A program made the position numbers and the translations under genes. The notes below the pieces were generated by a model, which made no database searches, had not been told where the DNA came from, and worked only from the letters and a program-made list of their open reading frames with translations. Shown piece after piece: positions 11,137-20,744 of a stretch of 64,000 nucleotides of DNA; the stretch's first letter is position 1, and each line of letters begins with the position of its first letter. Source of the stretch: Candidatus Latescibacterota bacterium (lineage in GTDB: Bacteria > Latescibacterota > UBA2968 > GCA-2709665); assembly GCA_963667175.2 (NCBI GenBank), contig CAXXXF010000004.1:128001-192000 (forward strand). The letters run 5' to 3'.

Positions 11137-12141
11137 ATGAAAATCGACGCTGATCGCCTTCGAACGCTCCGCAAACGAAAGAAACTGTCGCGCCCCGATC
11201 TTCATCGGGCTTCCGGAATCACTGTACGGACGATCCAACGCCTGGAAAACGATCCGGATGCATGCAAAACGACGCGAGAAGACACGGTGACGCGTCTCGC
11301 AAACGCGCTCGACCTCGAACCGGGCGTACTCACAGGCGAGTTAACCCTGCCTGACGCCGAGAAGGCGCCAGTCGCCGAGCCGTATTCGGTCCGCATCGGC
11401 GCTGAGATCGAACCCAGTGTCCGCCTGGCGTACGATCTCATCAAACGCCGATATGGCGTCAACACCACGGATTTGATCACCATGGCGCCGCTGTTCTGCG
11501 TGCTTCTGGCCGAGGGCAGCCTCGCGTGGCGGCGTGAGAAATCGGAAGAAGCGCGGGAAGCGAGCAGGCAATTGAATCAGGTCGACGGGTACTGGTGGGG
11601 AGGTCTAACCACTGGCCTTGACGGTGCCGTGTACCATGGGATCGCGCGGGAAGAAGAATCCATCCGCAAGGCCGATCTGTTCGGTCAACATCTACTCGAT
11701 GATCCCGATAGCAGTCTTGTAGATCGTAGCTTCTTCGATCCCGAGGAAGAAAACCCGTTCGCAGACTATTTGCGCAAACTGGCTGACGAACTCGCCGTCC
11801 CAGACATCGTCAAGGTGGATGTAGGCGAACTGGATGTCGAACTGGACTTCAGGTTCCCCAAGTACAAGGTCTGGCCAGAGGAGCTTTCCTATATCGTCAA
11901 CGGGTCTCCGAAATGCAGCTTAGCCTTTGAACTTGGCCTCTTGCGAGTGTCCGAAATCCCCGATGATTTGATGGCGGGCGGCATGGATAAGGAGCGTCAA
12001 GAGTGGATTGAAGACAGAATACCCGAGAAACTCAAAGATTCGAAGAACGAGATTTTCGCGCCAGTCTTCGAACTAATGGAAAAGTTGGAAGCATCTCAAT
12101 CGACCAGTTCTGAAACCGAAGAGGAAGGAGAGGGCCAATGA
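11137..12141 (+). CDS. XRE-family HTH protein with uncharacterised acidic C-terminal region
   Basis: LRTLRKRKKLSRPDLHRASGITVRTIQRLEN HTH; AAGGAG RBS. Confidence 0.8.
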   Translation: MKIDADRLRTLRKRKKLSRPDLHRASGITVRTIQRLENDPDACKTTREDTVTRLANALDLEPGVLTGELTLPDAEKAPVAEPYSVRIGAEIEPSVRLAYDLIKRRYGVNTTDLITMAPLFCVLLAEGSLAWRREKSEEAREASRQLNQVDGYWWGGLTTGLDGAVYHGIAREEESIRKADLFGQHLLDDPDSSLVDRSFFDPEEENPFADYLRKLADELAVPDIVKVDVGELDVELDFRFPKYKVWPEELSYIVNGSPKCSLAFELGLLRVSEIPDDLMAGGMDKERQEWIEDRIPEKLKDSKNEIFAPVFELMEKLEASQSTSSETEEEGEGQ

Positions 12142-12374
12142 GCGATATAATCTACACCCGCCACGCCCAGACGCGCACACAGCAGCGGGGCATTCGCGGA
12201 AGAGATATCCGGCTCATTCAGGAACTCGGTACGCCCGTCGACGCGGATACGTGGCTGATGCGGTGGGGCGATATCTACACCTTGCAGTCTGCTGACGCAC
12301 AGGCTAAAGGTAAACGCATCTTGCGTAAAATCATCACACTGCAAGGTCTAATGAACATCAGATCGACAGTCTGA
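12138..12374 (+). CDS. Small DUF4258-like protein, possible toxin or RNase
   Basis: YTRHAQTRTQQRGI motif; ATGA overlap with XRE gene. Confidence 0.55.
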   Translation: MSDIIYTRHAQTRTQQRGIRGRDIRLIQELGTPVDADTWLMRWGDIYTLQSADAQAKGKRILRKIITLQGLMNIRSTV

Positions 12375-12496
12375 CGCAGTCGAGTAAGGTAGATTCACAA
12401 AGGGCTGAAGTTCGCTATTCGTAAATGGTTCAGGGAGGTCGTTGAAGTCATCAGCCAGGGCAGTTTGGGAGCATTTCGACCTGTGGAGGCGCCATT

Positions 12497-12778
12497 ATGA
12501 AATTATCGGATATCTTAAGAGACAAATTTGGTGATGAAACACAACACTTGTGTCCGAATTGCCTTGAGGCCACCCCGTTAAGGACAAATGCAGTCAGTGC
12601 CTGGAAGGCTTACTTGATCGGAAAATCACCGGTCAAACCGACCAAGTATCACCATTACTGCTCAAAGTGCCATAACGCTCAACCCGATCACTCCCCCCTT
12701 GAGGGGGAGTCGGCGAGACGCGGGCGTCAGCCTGCCGTCGCGCCGGTGGGGGGTCTGCACAGTACCGCCTCGGTGTGA
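12497..12778 (+). CDS. Small hypothetical with CxxC...CxxC; 3' part runs into a palindromic repeat
   Basis: CPNC and CSKC; GGAGG RBS; repeat starts ~12688. Confidence 0.35.
   Translation: MKLSDILRDKFGDETQHLCPNCLEATPLRTNAVSAWKAYLIGKSPVKPTKYHHYCSKCHNAQPDHSPLEGESARRGRQPAVAPVGGLHSTASV
12688..12755. repeat. TCACTCCCCCCTTGAGGGGGAGT-type palindromic repeat
   Basis: Inverted copy at 27841-27907; degenerate copy at 13802. Confidence 0.75.
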
Positions 12779-13017
12779 TGCGCGCAGTCGGCCAGGGCGT
12801 GCAGCAATCCGATGCACAGGCGGTCAAGTGTTCGCGGGATGTGTCTCAACGGATGAGGTTTACAGCAGGACTATGTGGCGGATTTCAGTGGTATCGCAAG
12901 GCTGCCGGGCGGAGGGATGGGATGAGCCAGTACAACCGTGATACGATGGATCCGGCGATCTAATGCTGTAAGGACCGTGCTTGTCTACCAACAGGCAGGT
13001 AGCGCAGGCACATGGGA

Positions 13018-13242
13018 TTAATCGATCAGCGACTTTACGAGCGGAATGGCGACGCAGGCCAGCACAATGCCAAGCATCCACTTCAAAAGCCTGATGTCGC
13101 CTTCGATGTTCTGCAGGCGGGGCTCGATTCCCGTCAGGCAGTGTTTGAAGTCTGCGATTTCTTCCGCGGCCTCTCGGGCAGGAGTGTCAGGCGTGCCCGC
13201 GGCGACGAAGGCTGCGTAGGTTTTGGACAGCATGATCGGCAC
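13018..13242 (-). CDS. Small coiled-coil protein with C-terminal TM (DUF1640/CCDC90-like)
   Basis: AAGTPDTPAREAAEEIA...LLKWMLGIVLACV. Confidence 0.6.
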   Translation of the reverse strand: MPIMLSKTYAAFVAAGTPDTPAREAAEEIADFKHCLTGIEPRLQNIEGDIRLLKWMLGIVLACVAIPLVKSLID

Positions 13243-13496
13243 TATGCAGCCTTTTAGTTGTGGGTTTTAGGCTCACCTGCTTACAACCAGGTGTGTCGAG
13301 TGTTTCATTGAGGCCGCATGCCTGCAAAAGCGTCGTGACCGAATGATCTCGGAAATATCGGTTTAAGGCAAGACAAAAAACGACGGTAAGACGGTTTCAT
13401 TAAGGCCGACTGCCTGGTCGTGTACGCATTGGCAGCGCGACGAGCAAGACAGAAGGGGTACCTGTAACCTCAGTTGATCAACGACACCAACCGACC

Positions 13497-13618
13497 GTAG
13501 CGCAAACTGTCAGTTTGCGCAATGCGAGGGACGGCCGTCACCTTACCATCACTCCCCTGGGAGCGCCTGCCTGGCAGCAGACAGGGGCACGGCAGACAGG
13601 CGGGCGTCCCGCCCGCAT
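13497..13618. repeat. Composite REP-like module (GTAGCGCAAACTG-CAGTTTGCGC + CCTGGGAGCG..CCCGCCCGCA)
   Basis: Same composite at 29140-29220; partial copy at ~35512. Confidence 0.75.
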
Positions 13619-13669
13619 CGGGTCTGTTGCCGGAACGGACGTATCCGACCGAAATGAAGGCATCCTGGG

Positions 13670-14886
13670 GCACCAGGAAAATCGTACAGAACGGGAATCA
13701 CGCTGGTTCAACTGTTCGACATGTTCCCTAGCGCGGCTTCGCTATGCTCAGCCGCAATCAAATAGCTGGTAGTGAACGCGCCGACCCGTTCAACAGTGGT
13801 ATCACTCCCACCTTGAGGGGAATCGCCTGCCTGCGCCAAGCGGAGCGCGGCAGGCAGGCAGAAGCCGAGCCGGATCCGGAGCTTTCGGTCCCTGAGCCTG
13901 TCGAAGGGTCTAAAGGCCTGCGCCGGCTGATGCGGAGGCGGAATTTCAATGCCTCTCGTCAGTTGGGAGGATGAAGAAACATGAACGCATTCTGCGTAGA
14001 AGTCTTACTGTAAGACTCTAATGACGAGGTTGCAGAGCAATGGTTCATCGAACAACGCTGGCCGGACTGAATCACATGCCCACACTGTGGGAGCGCCCGC
14101 GTCAAGCGCAACGGCGGCCATCCTACCATGCCGTTTCACTGCAAGGACTGTCGCCAGTTCTTTTCCACGAAGACCGGTTCCGTCATGCATTCCTCAAAGG
14201 TCGGTTATCGCAAGTGGGCGATTGCCATTTACCTGTTTTCCGTTGGACTGAAGGGTACTTCATCGATGAAGTTGCACCGCGACATAGGCGTAACGCAAAA
14301 GACCGCCTGGCACAGGGCCCTCAGAATCCGTGAGGCATGGGATGAAGACAAGGGGCTGTTCGCCGGGCCTGTTGAAATCGATGAAACGTACATCGACGGC
14401 AAGGAAAAGAACAAGCATGCGAAGGACAAGCTTAACGCCGGACGTGGTACCGTAGGAAAGACCGCAGTTGTCGGCGCGAGGGATCGGGAGACGAACGATA
14501 TCGACGCGGAAGTCACCGAAAAGGTTTACGGAAAGACGCTGAAAAACTTTGTCGAACGCCATGCCGACAAAGGGTCAGACGTATACACGGACGACGCTAC
14601 GGCCTACCAGGAAATGACAAACGTACGACACCGTACCGTCAAACATTCGTCCGGGCAATACGTCCATTATAACGTTCATACCAACGGTATCGAGTCGTTC
14701 TGGAGTATGTTCAAACGCGGCTTTTATGGGACGTATCACAAGATGGGCGTTCAACACTTGCAACGATACATCAATGAGTTTGTCGGCAGGCACAACGTCC
14801 GTGAACTGGACACTGCCGAGCAGATGGGCCGTGTTGTGACGGGAATGGTGGGCAAGCGGCTGAGGTATCAGGATTTGGTGGGCTGA
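13670..14886 (+). pseudogene. IS1595-family transposase, interrupted by a 290-bp insertion and an in-frame TGA
   Basis: APGKSYRTGITLVQLFDMFP (13670-13729) rejoins NDEVAEQWF after removing 13731-14020; TGA at 14068; CPHC/CKDC zinc finger; EIDETY, YTDD, HTNGIESFW. Confidence 0.88.
13731..14020 (+). mobile_element. Non-autonomous 290-bp derivative of the 60354-62145 element
   Basis: 25-nt identical left motif GCGGCTTCGCTATGCTCAGCCGCAA; right 36 nt with 3 mismatches; removal restores the IS1595 frame at CCTA^AT. Confidence 0.85.
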
Positions 14887-15137
14887 TTTTTAGAAGTGCG
14901 TCTCGCATGCTTGTTTTCAATTTCTCTTTCCGCTTCTTTCCTGCCCTCTTCCTTGCCGTCTGCGAACCCTCTCTGATAATTTCTCTTTCTCACCCAGTCT
15001 GTAATTCCACCTAACATGTCCTTTGCCTCCACTACGAAATAAGCCGTAGTTATAACAAATACGGCTAATGGAATTACGTTCTTGGCCATTTCGACCAGAC
15101 TTTTTTGAAATGGCCTCTCAACAAGCAACGCCGCCAC
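14868..15137 (-). CDS. Small hypothetical membrane protein
   Basis: ORF with a TM segment and charged tail (GFADGKEEGRKEAE); start uncertain. Confidence 0.45.
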   Translation of the reverse strand: MAALLVERPFQKSLVEMAKNVIPLAVFVITTAYFVVEAKDMLGGITDWVRKRNYQRGFADGKEEGRKEAEREIENKHARRTSKNQPTKS

Positions 15138-15200
15138 AAACGCAAGGACAGAGAACCCGTTGAATAGGGCCCGATCCCCGGCCTTAACCTGAATTATTCA

Positions 15201-17176
15201 GTGCGCCGTGAAAAGGCGCGGAACTTCAGTGGGTGAGAGTCCCACCCGACAAGTGTTGCCACAGTCGGTAGCAATCGGAGCGGGGACGTAGGAAACGACA
15301 TCTCCGAAGCCTCCGGTGTAGAGGGTCGCAAGGCGACTTGGCGAGTATGCGGGCCGAAACGTGAGTGAACGCTGCGCAGGCCTCGAAAAGGGTAATGCGG
15401 GAGCCGACCCGCCTGAATTTCGGGGAAGGCCGCCGTCGTTGGGGAAGCAGGCAACGCGAGCACCCAACGGTCCCGCCGGGGTAGTGGCGGAGGCACGTAT
15501 ACAAGGAGTTCCGACGCAACACGGGAAGCCCCAGGCGGTGGTGGAGACACCAACCGGCAGCCCGTGAGGGTCAGGCCGGGCCGCGTGGGGTGGCGGAGAG
15601 GCCCGTAGTACCTGAGAAGCCGGGTAATGCCGGCGGAGGAAAGGGGCCTTGGTTCAAGGGCAACGTCAAAGGAGCGAGAGCCTGGAGATTGGTATGAGCC
15701 TAAGACCTCCGGAAAAGGTTCGGAAGTTGCAGAGGACGTTGCATGCCAAAGCGAAGGAATCGCCCGGCTACCGATTCTACGCGCTGTATGACAAGGTGTA
15801 TCGCGAGGACATCCTGCTTTATGCGTACCGCTGCTGCAAGGCCAACGGCGGCGCGGCGGGCGTGGACGGCGAGACGTTTGCGGATATCGAGTCATATGGG
15901 CAAAAGCGGTGGTTAGGCGAACTGTCGGAAGCCGTAAGGAGCAAATCGTATCGGGTGTCTCCGATCCGTCGGGTGTATATCCCCAAGCCGAACGGGAAGC
16001 AAAGGCCGCTGGGCATCCCGACGGTGAAAGATCGGGTGGTGCAAACCGCGGCGATGCTGGTATTGGAGCCGATCTTTGAGGCGGACCTGCCAGCGGCGCA
16101 GTATGCGTACCGTCCGAAACGGAGTGCGCACGACGCCATCAGGGCGGTTCACAGTCTGGTGAGCCGTGGCCATACGCAGGTGATCGACGCGGACTTGAGC
16201 GGTTACTTTGACACGATCCCGCATGCCGAGCTGATGAAATGTGTGGCGCGTCGCATCAGTGACGGGCGTATGCTGGGCCTGGTCAAGCTGTGGCTGACCG
16301 CGCCGATTGAGGAGACCGACAAGCGGGGCCGCAAACGTCGAACGACGCCGAACAAGGATCAGGGAAGGGGGACACCGCAAGGCGCCCCGATCTCGCCCCT
16401 GCTGGCGAACCTGTATATGCGGCGGTTCATTCTGGGATGGCAGGTTCGGGGACATCAGCAACGCCTGAAGGCTCATATTGTCAACTACGCGGACGATTTT
16501 GTGATCTGCTGTCGCGGCACCGCAAAAGAAGCGATGCGCGCGATGCGATCCATTATGAAGGCGCTCAAGTTGACGGTGAACGAGCAGAAGACGGGCATAT
16601 GCACGCTTCCTGAAGGACGATTTGACTTTCTGGGCTACACCATCGAACGCTGTTACTCACCAAAGACGGGAAAGGCCTATATCGGCACGCGCCCGTCAAA
16701 GAAGGCCATCCGGCACATCTGCCGGGCCATCAGCGAGGCAACGGCGCGGCGGTGGCTGCTGAAAGACCATCAAGAACGGATTGCCCACCTGAACCGAAAG
16801 CTAACAGGGTGGGGCAACTACTTCCGTCTTGGTCCGGTCAGCAAAGCCTACCGGAGTGTGGACAGCCACACCCGGCAACGGCTCCGCTGGTGGTTGTGCA
16901 ACAAGTACCGAATACCGGGAAAGGGGACGTCCCGTCTCCCTGACGAGGTCCTCTACAATACGTTGGGCCTGACCCGGCTGGAGGTGCAGACGCACAACCT
17001 TCCGTGGGCGAACGCATGACTCCTTGTCCGAGAGCCGGATGCGGTAAATCCGCACGTCCGGTTCGATGAGCGGGACGTGGAAACGGAACGCGGAGCGGCT
17101 ATTGAGGCACCGCCAGACGAAAGGGGCGGAAACAGATAGGCCTCTCCTACACCACCGCGCCACCTCTCGACTCTAC
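15201..17176 (+). mobile_element. Group II intron, full length
   Basis: 5' GTGCG; domain V GAGCCGGATGCGGTAAATCCGCACGTCCGGTTC; 3' ...CGACTCTAC; RT ORF in domain IV; EBS1-like TGAAT complementary to exon ATTCA. Confidence 0.95.
15694..17019 (+). CDS. ltrA: Group II intron reverse transcriptase/maturase, no endonuclease domain
   Basis: RPLGIPTVKDR, GTPQGAPISPLLAN, YADD, FDFLG, domain X GWGNYF. Confidence 0.95.
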   Translation: MSLRPPEKVRKLQRTLHAKAKESPGYRFYALYDKVYREDILLYAYRCCKANGGAAGVDGETFADIESYGQKRWLGELSEAVRSKSYRVSPIRRVYIPKPNGKQRPLGIPTVKDRVVQTAAMLVLEPIFEADLPAAQYAYRPKRSAHDAIRAVHSLVSRGHTQVIDADLSGYFDTIPHAELMKCVARRISDGRMLGLVKLWLTAPIEETDKRGRKRRTTPNKDQGRGTPQGAPISPLLANLYMRRFILGWQVRGHQQRLKAHIVNYADDFVICCRGTAKEAMRAMRSIMKALKLTVNEQKTGICTLPEGRFDFLGYTIERCYSPKTGKAYIGTRPSKKAIRHICRAISEATARRWLLKDHQERIAHLNRKLTGWGNYFRLGPVSKAYRSVDSHTRQRLRWWLCNKYRIPGKGTSRLPDEVLYNTLGLTRLEVQTHNLPWANA

Positions 17177-18134
17177 TGAAAACCGGTGGAAATTTCGTGT
17201 AATCGGTTGATTTCCAATAACATGAGTGGAGAATATAACGAAAACCTTGATTCGTCCAAAATCGAATTGGCCGGAGTCATGTTGGGGTGTCGGGCTGACG
17301 TGCAACATTGTGGTTTTGCGCCTCTTGTGGCAACTGATTTCAGCCACGGATTTTTCGTTTTTTTCGCGTGTTTCGTAGTTTCTGATGTTGGTTTTCTCGT
17401 GCCTTTCTCGCGATTTTAGGTTCTCATCCTGTCCATCCATGTTTGTTCCGTTTCATGAATTAATGGGGTTAAACCATTCGCGATCAATGAGAATTGCATA
17501 TCTATTGGGAAAACTCATGCATCTAACACCTTATAACCGGTTGGCCCCCGCATTACGTGCATGCCACAAAACCCCAGATGCGTCCATCTGGGCTCGGCAT
17601 GGCTTTGGATGGGTAACGTAACGCGGGGGCCTAGATTTCCAAAAGTGGCTCCAGTTGTGACAAATTTAGACAATGGCGGTACATTTGTCAAGGCGGAATC
17701 CAGTAACAGGCGCGAGGGTATCATCCGACGCGAGCAGAAGATGCTTTGCCAATCCGGCGGCTTCCTCGCACGACGGTCCGGGCGATTCGGACTACCTGCC
17801 TCGTTACGACCAGTCTCCCCCTGGGAGCGCCTGCCTGTGCGTGTAGCATGCACGCAGACAGGCGGGCGTCTCGCCCGCATCGGCTTTTTTCCCGGGAACG
17901 AGGGCATCCTGCCCTCGACAGAGAGAGAATACGATCGGCCGCGACTTGTCAAAGACGCCGGCGCAGATTGTCGTGCCGGTCGGGGTAATGGAGAATCCGC
18001 GATCGATGCGATACGCAGTCGCGTTACTTTAGCGATGATCTGCTTATCGAGCGGAGCAGCGAAAAGACAATACATAATTCAGCGAAGAAAAGGGTTCGCA
18101 ACATCCCCGAAGCGCACCAAGGAGGTTGATTCCG

Positions 18135-18863
18135 ATGAAGAACCCGCGCGATGAACTTCGGTGCTATCTCAAGAAGCTCATTTATCGCTATCTCAATATC
18201 AAGAGCCTGGACCAGCAACTCAAAAGCATTGTGGCATGGAACTCGAACTCACAGTCGCTTGACAACATTGAAGCCTTCAACCGTGGTCACTATTTCTTCC
18301 AGCATGCCACGTACAGTATATGGCGGATTTTTCTCGTCGAGTTGTCAATGTTCCTTTCGCAGACAGAGCAAAGGTCGCTCCGCGACTGGTTGAAGAAGGC
18401 GCGAGAACACGCCGAATCAATGAAGCCAACAGGTGACTATACAACGCATTCAGTAATCCCGCAAATGAAGCCCAAAACGTATCGCGCCATAATAGATGAC
18501 CATATCGCCCAACTGAACGCCCAAAACACGGTCACAAACAAAATCAAGGCACACAGAGACAAGGCAATAGTCCATTTGGACAAGAAGTACCTCGATAGTT
18601 CGGGATCAATTGCAAGCGACTATCCGTTACAAGACCCTGAAATTGACGGTCTCATGGAGATTATGGACGGCATCTTGGGAAAGCACTACAGATGTCTTCT
18701 GGGTGCAAGTGTAAACCTGAAAGTCCAGAGCGTACAGAACCTTGATACGCTATTAACACACGCGCGGGCGTGGATGCGGGTACGTCGCGATTTCAGCCTC
18801 ATTAAAAAAGGCTTCCGACCTGTCGACTATGTGCGGGACGACTACAAGCCGAAAAATCGATGA
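18135..18863 (+). CDS. AbiU2-like HEPN-domain protein, copy 1
   Basis: KIKAHRDKAIVHLD (RDKxxxH); AGGAGG RBS; paralogue at 29391. Confidence 0.65.
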   Translation: MKNPRDELRCYLKKLIYRYLNIKSLDQQLKSIVAWNSNSQSLDNIEAFNRGHYFFQHATYSIWRIFLVELSMFLSQTEQRSLRDWLKKAREHAESMKPTGDYTTHSVIPQMKPKTYRAIIDDHIAQLNAQNTVTNKIKAHRDKAIVHLDKKYLDSSGSIASDYPLQDPEIDGLMEIMDGILGKHYRCLLGASVNLKVQSVQNLDTLLTHARAWMRVRRDFSLIKKGFRPVDYVRDDYKPKNR

Positions 18864-18935
18864 TGACATGCGTGACGTGAAGGATGCAACATGATCAACA
18901 GGATGGAACGGTTCGCGAACCGCCCGTGCGCCGCT

Positions 18936-18963
18936 GTAGGGGCGACCGCCCGGTCGCCCCTAC
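18936..18963. repeat. GTAG-family REP palindrome
   Basis: GTAGGGGCGACCG-CGGTCGCCCCTAC; relatives at 10852, 19911, 30193, 30701, 31081, 40820, 55517. Confidence 0.85.
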
Positions 18964-19057
18964 AAATACAAAGACGGCGCGTGCCTGCAGCACAGGACGG
19001 GCAGGGCAGACAGACCGTCGCGCCGGCGGGGGACTGTGCCCAAATGGCGACCTTTCA

Positions 19058-19085
19058 CCCTGGGAGCGCGGGCGTCCCGCCCGCA
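19058..19085 (+). repeat. CCTGGGAGCGCGGGCGTCCCGCCCGCA REP-like repeat
   Basis: Copies at 8171, 13556, 17820, 29194, 30208; inverted variants at 19955-19983 and 30745-30773. Confidence 0.85.
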
Positions 19086-19174
19086 TCGGTTTCTTGTCGG
19101 AACGACCGAGAACCTAAAGGACTGTCGTTGATCTTCCTCTCTCGACGCCGGACGGCAATTTCAGGAGTTAGAAT

Positions 19175-19846
19175 ATGGACCAGAATGGTAAGACGCTTCC
19201 GGATGAAATACATGAAGTCGTAAATGCCCAGGAATCGGATTCCGCAGAAGACGGTTGGCTGAGCACGAATCACGAGGTCGAGACAGTTTCGGACTTTGAG
19301 ATGTTCTCCGACCAGCTTGGCCGGATCACGGATGATTCTCACCGATGGAAATGGGCTATCATCTCACTACACAGCGGATTGCAGGGAATGATGGTTCTTG
19401 CACTCGAGGGTTCAAATGGCTTGAATGTTCTTCGCAAATCCGATAAGGAGCGTTGGTTAGCGTGGTATAGGGGCGATCAAGACGATGCAACCAGGCCACG
19501 CAATCTAAGGCTCGCGTCGTTCCTTGGCCTTTACGAGAAGATTAAAGGCACGGAGATGGAAATGTACTGTCATAGCCGGAAGTTCATCCCCACAGGGACG
19601 CAGGGAAGGTCGGTCAAGGATCTGAACCGGTTAAGGAACGAATTTATCCATTTCACACCCAGGGTATGGGGACTTGACCTCGGAGGACTTCCTGCTATTG
19701 CATTGGATTGCCTTGAAATAGCGGAATTCTTGGCGTGGGAATCTGGCAATGTATTCCTCGTCAGACGAGACTTGAACGAAAGGCTAAAGACGGCGTTTAC
19801 ATCTGTCTCTGAGACCCTATCGGTGTTCCGAGAGCAGACGGAATAG
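19175..19846 (+). CDS. HEPN-like protein
   Basis: LNRLRNEFIHF RxxxxH motif; WKWAIISLHSGLQ helix; AGGAG RBS. Confidence 0.6.
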   Translation: MDQNGKTLPDEIHEVVNAQESDSAEDGWLSTNHEVETVSDFEMFSDQLGRITDDSHRWKWAIISLHSGLQGMMVLALEGSNGLNVLRKSDKERWLAWYRGDQDDATRPRNLRLASFLGLYEKIKGTEMEMYCHSRKFIPTGTQGRSVKDLNRLRNEFIHFTPRVWGLDLGGLPAIALDCLEIAEFLAWESGNVFLVRRDLNERLKTAFTSVSETLSVFREQTE

Positions 19847-20744
19847 GTCTGTCAGTCCTTGTTTCAGAGGCCAAGTACGGCCGATAGCTATACGATGTCT
19901 GCGCCAATATGTGGGCGACTCTGAGAGTCGCCCCTACGAATCCTAAATTGGCGCTGCGAGGGCAAGATGCCCTCGCTCCCAGGAAACCGAAACCTTAATT
20001 GCCTACGAGTGGACTGATTTCTCGCGATTCTTAGCGATCCTTTTTCTGCAAACCGCTCCAAACCCGTATTTCTGTGTCGCTTAATCAGAAACTACCCACG
20101 ACACTTCCTGCCAGAAATAGGCGTACCTCCTATACCTGCAAACTCCATGTCGAGTTATGCAGTTCCTTCAACAAAGGGATGCCGACATGGTGTTCACACG
20201 CCATTGAAGAGGTGCGGCACGTGAGGTTTCAGCAGAAGCAGAAATGCGATTACTGGACTTGCCCTCGCGATTTCGCTCTATAGTTTCTCTCCATTCCCCA
20301 TCAGCCCCTTACTGGCCAAATACACAATGCCATTTCATGCTTTGGTATCTAAGCCTCCATCCTGTTCTCCCAAGAAGGTAGCACCGCTTCCGTGCTCGTG
20401 TCTTCACATCCCCAAACATCCACATCTGGAGAGATTTCACTTATAAATAACTGATACACGTCAAGATTCCACAGAAGCGTCACGCATTGACGTGTTATCT
20501 TTGATAAGAAAGGACCATTCGACTACTACTGCGGGGATCTAAGGGCGATCTTCAGAGCCGTAAAATTAAAGGGTGTCTTGAGTGTGGCGCAGATTGACAC
20601 AGTGAAGGGCTGCAAGCCTCGCGAGAACGACATCGTAGTCGTGAATGACATTGTCAAGCCGGGTGGCCGGTACCCAGGTAAGGTTCGCAAGTTTTCGAAT
20701 AGTGAAACGAGGGACTCATAACAGTGTCCCAGGGAAACACACGA

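Noticed and set aside
13302-13416. Functional CRISPR array
   Set aside because: Only two imperfect repeats, a 69-nt gap, and no cas genes in the window.
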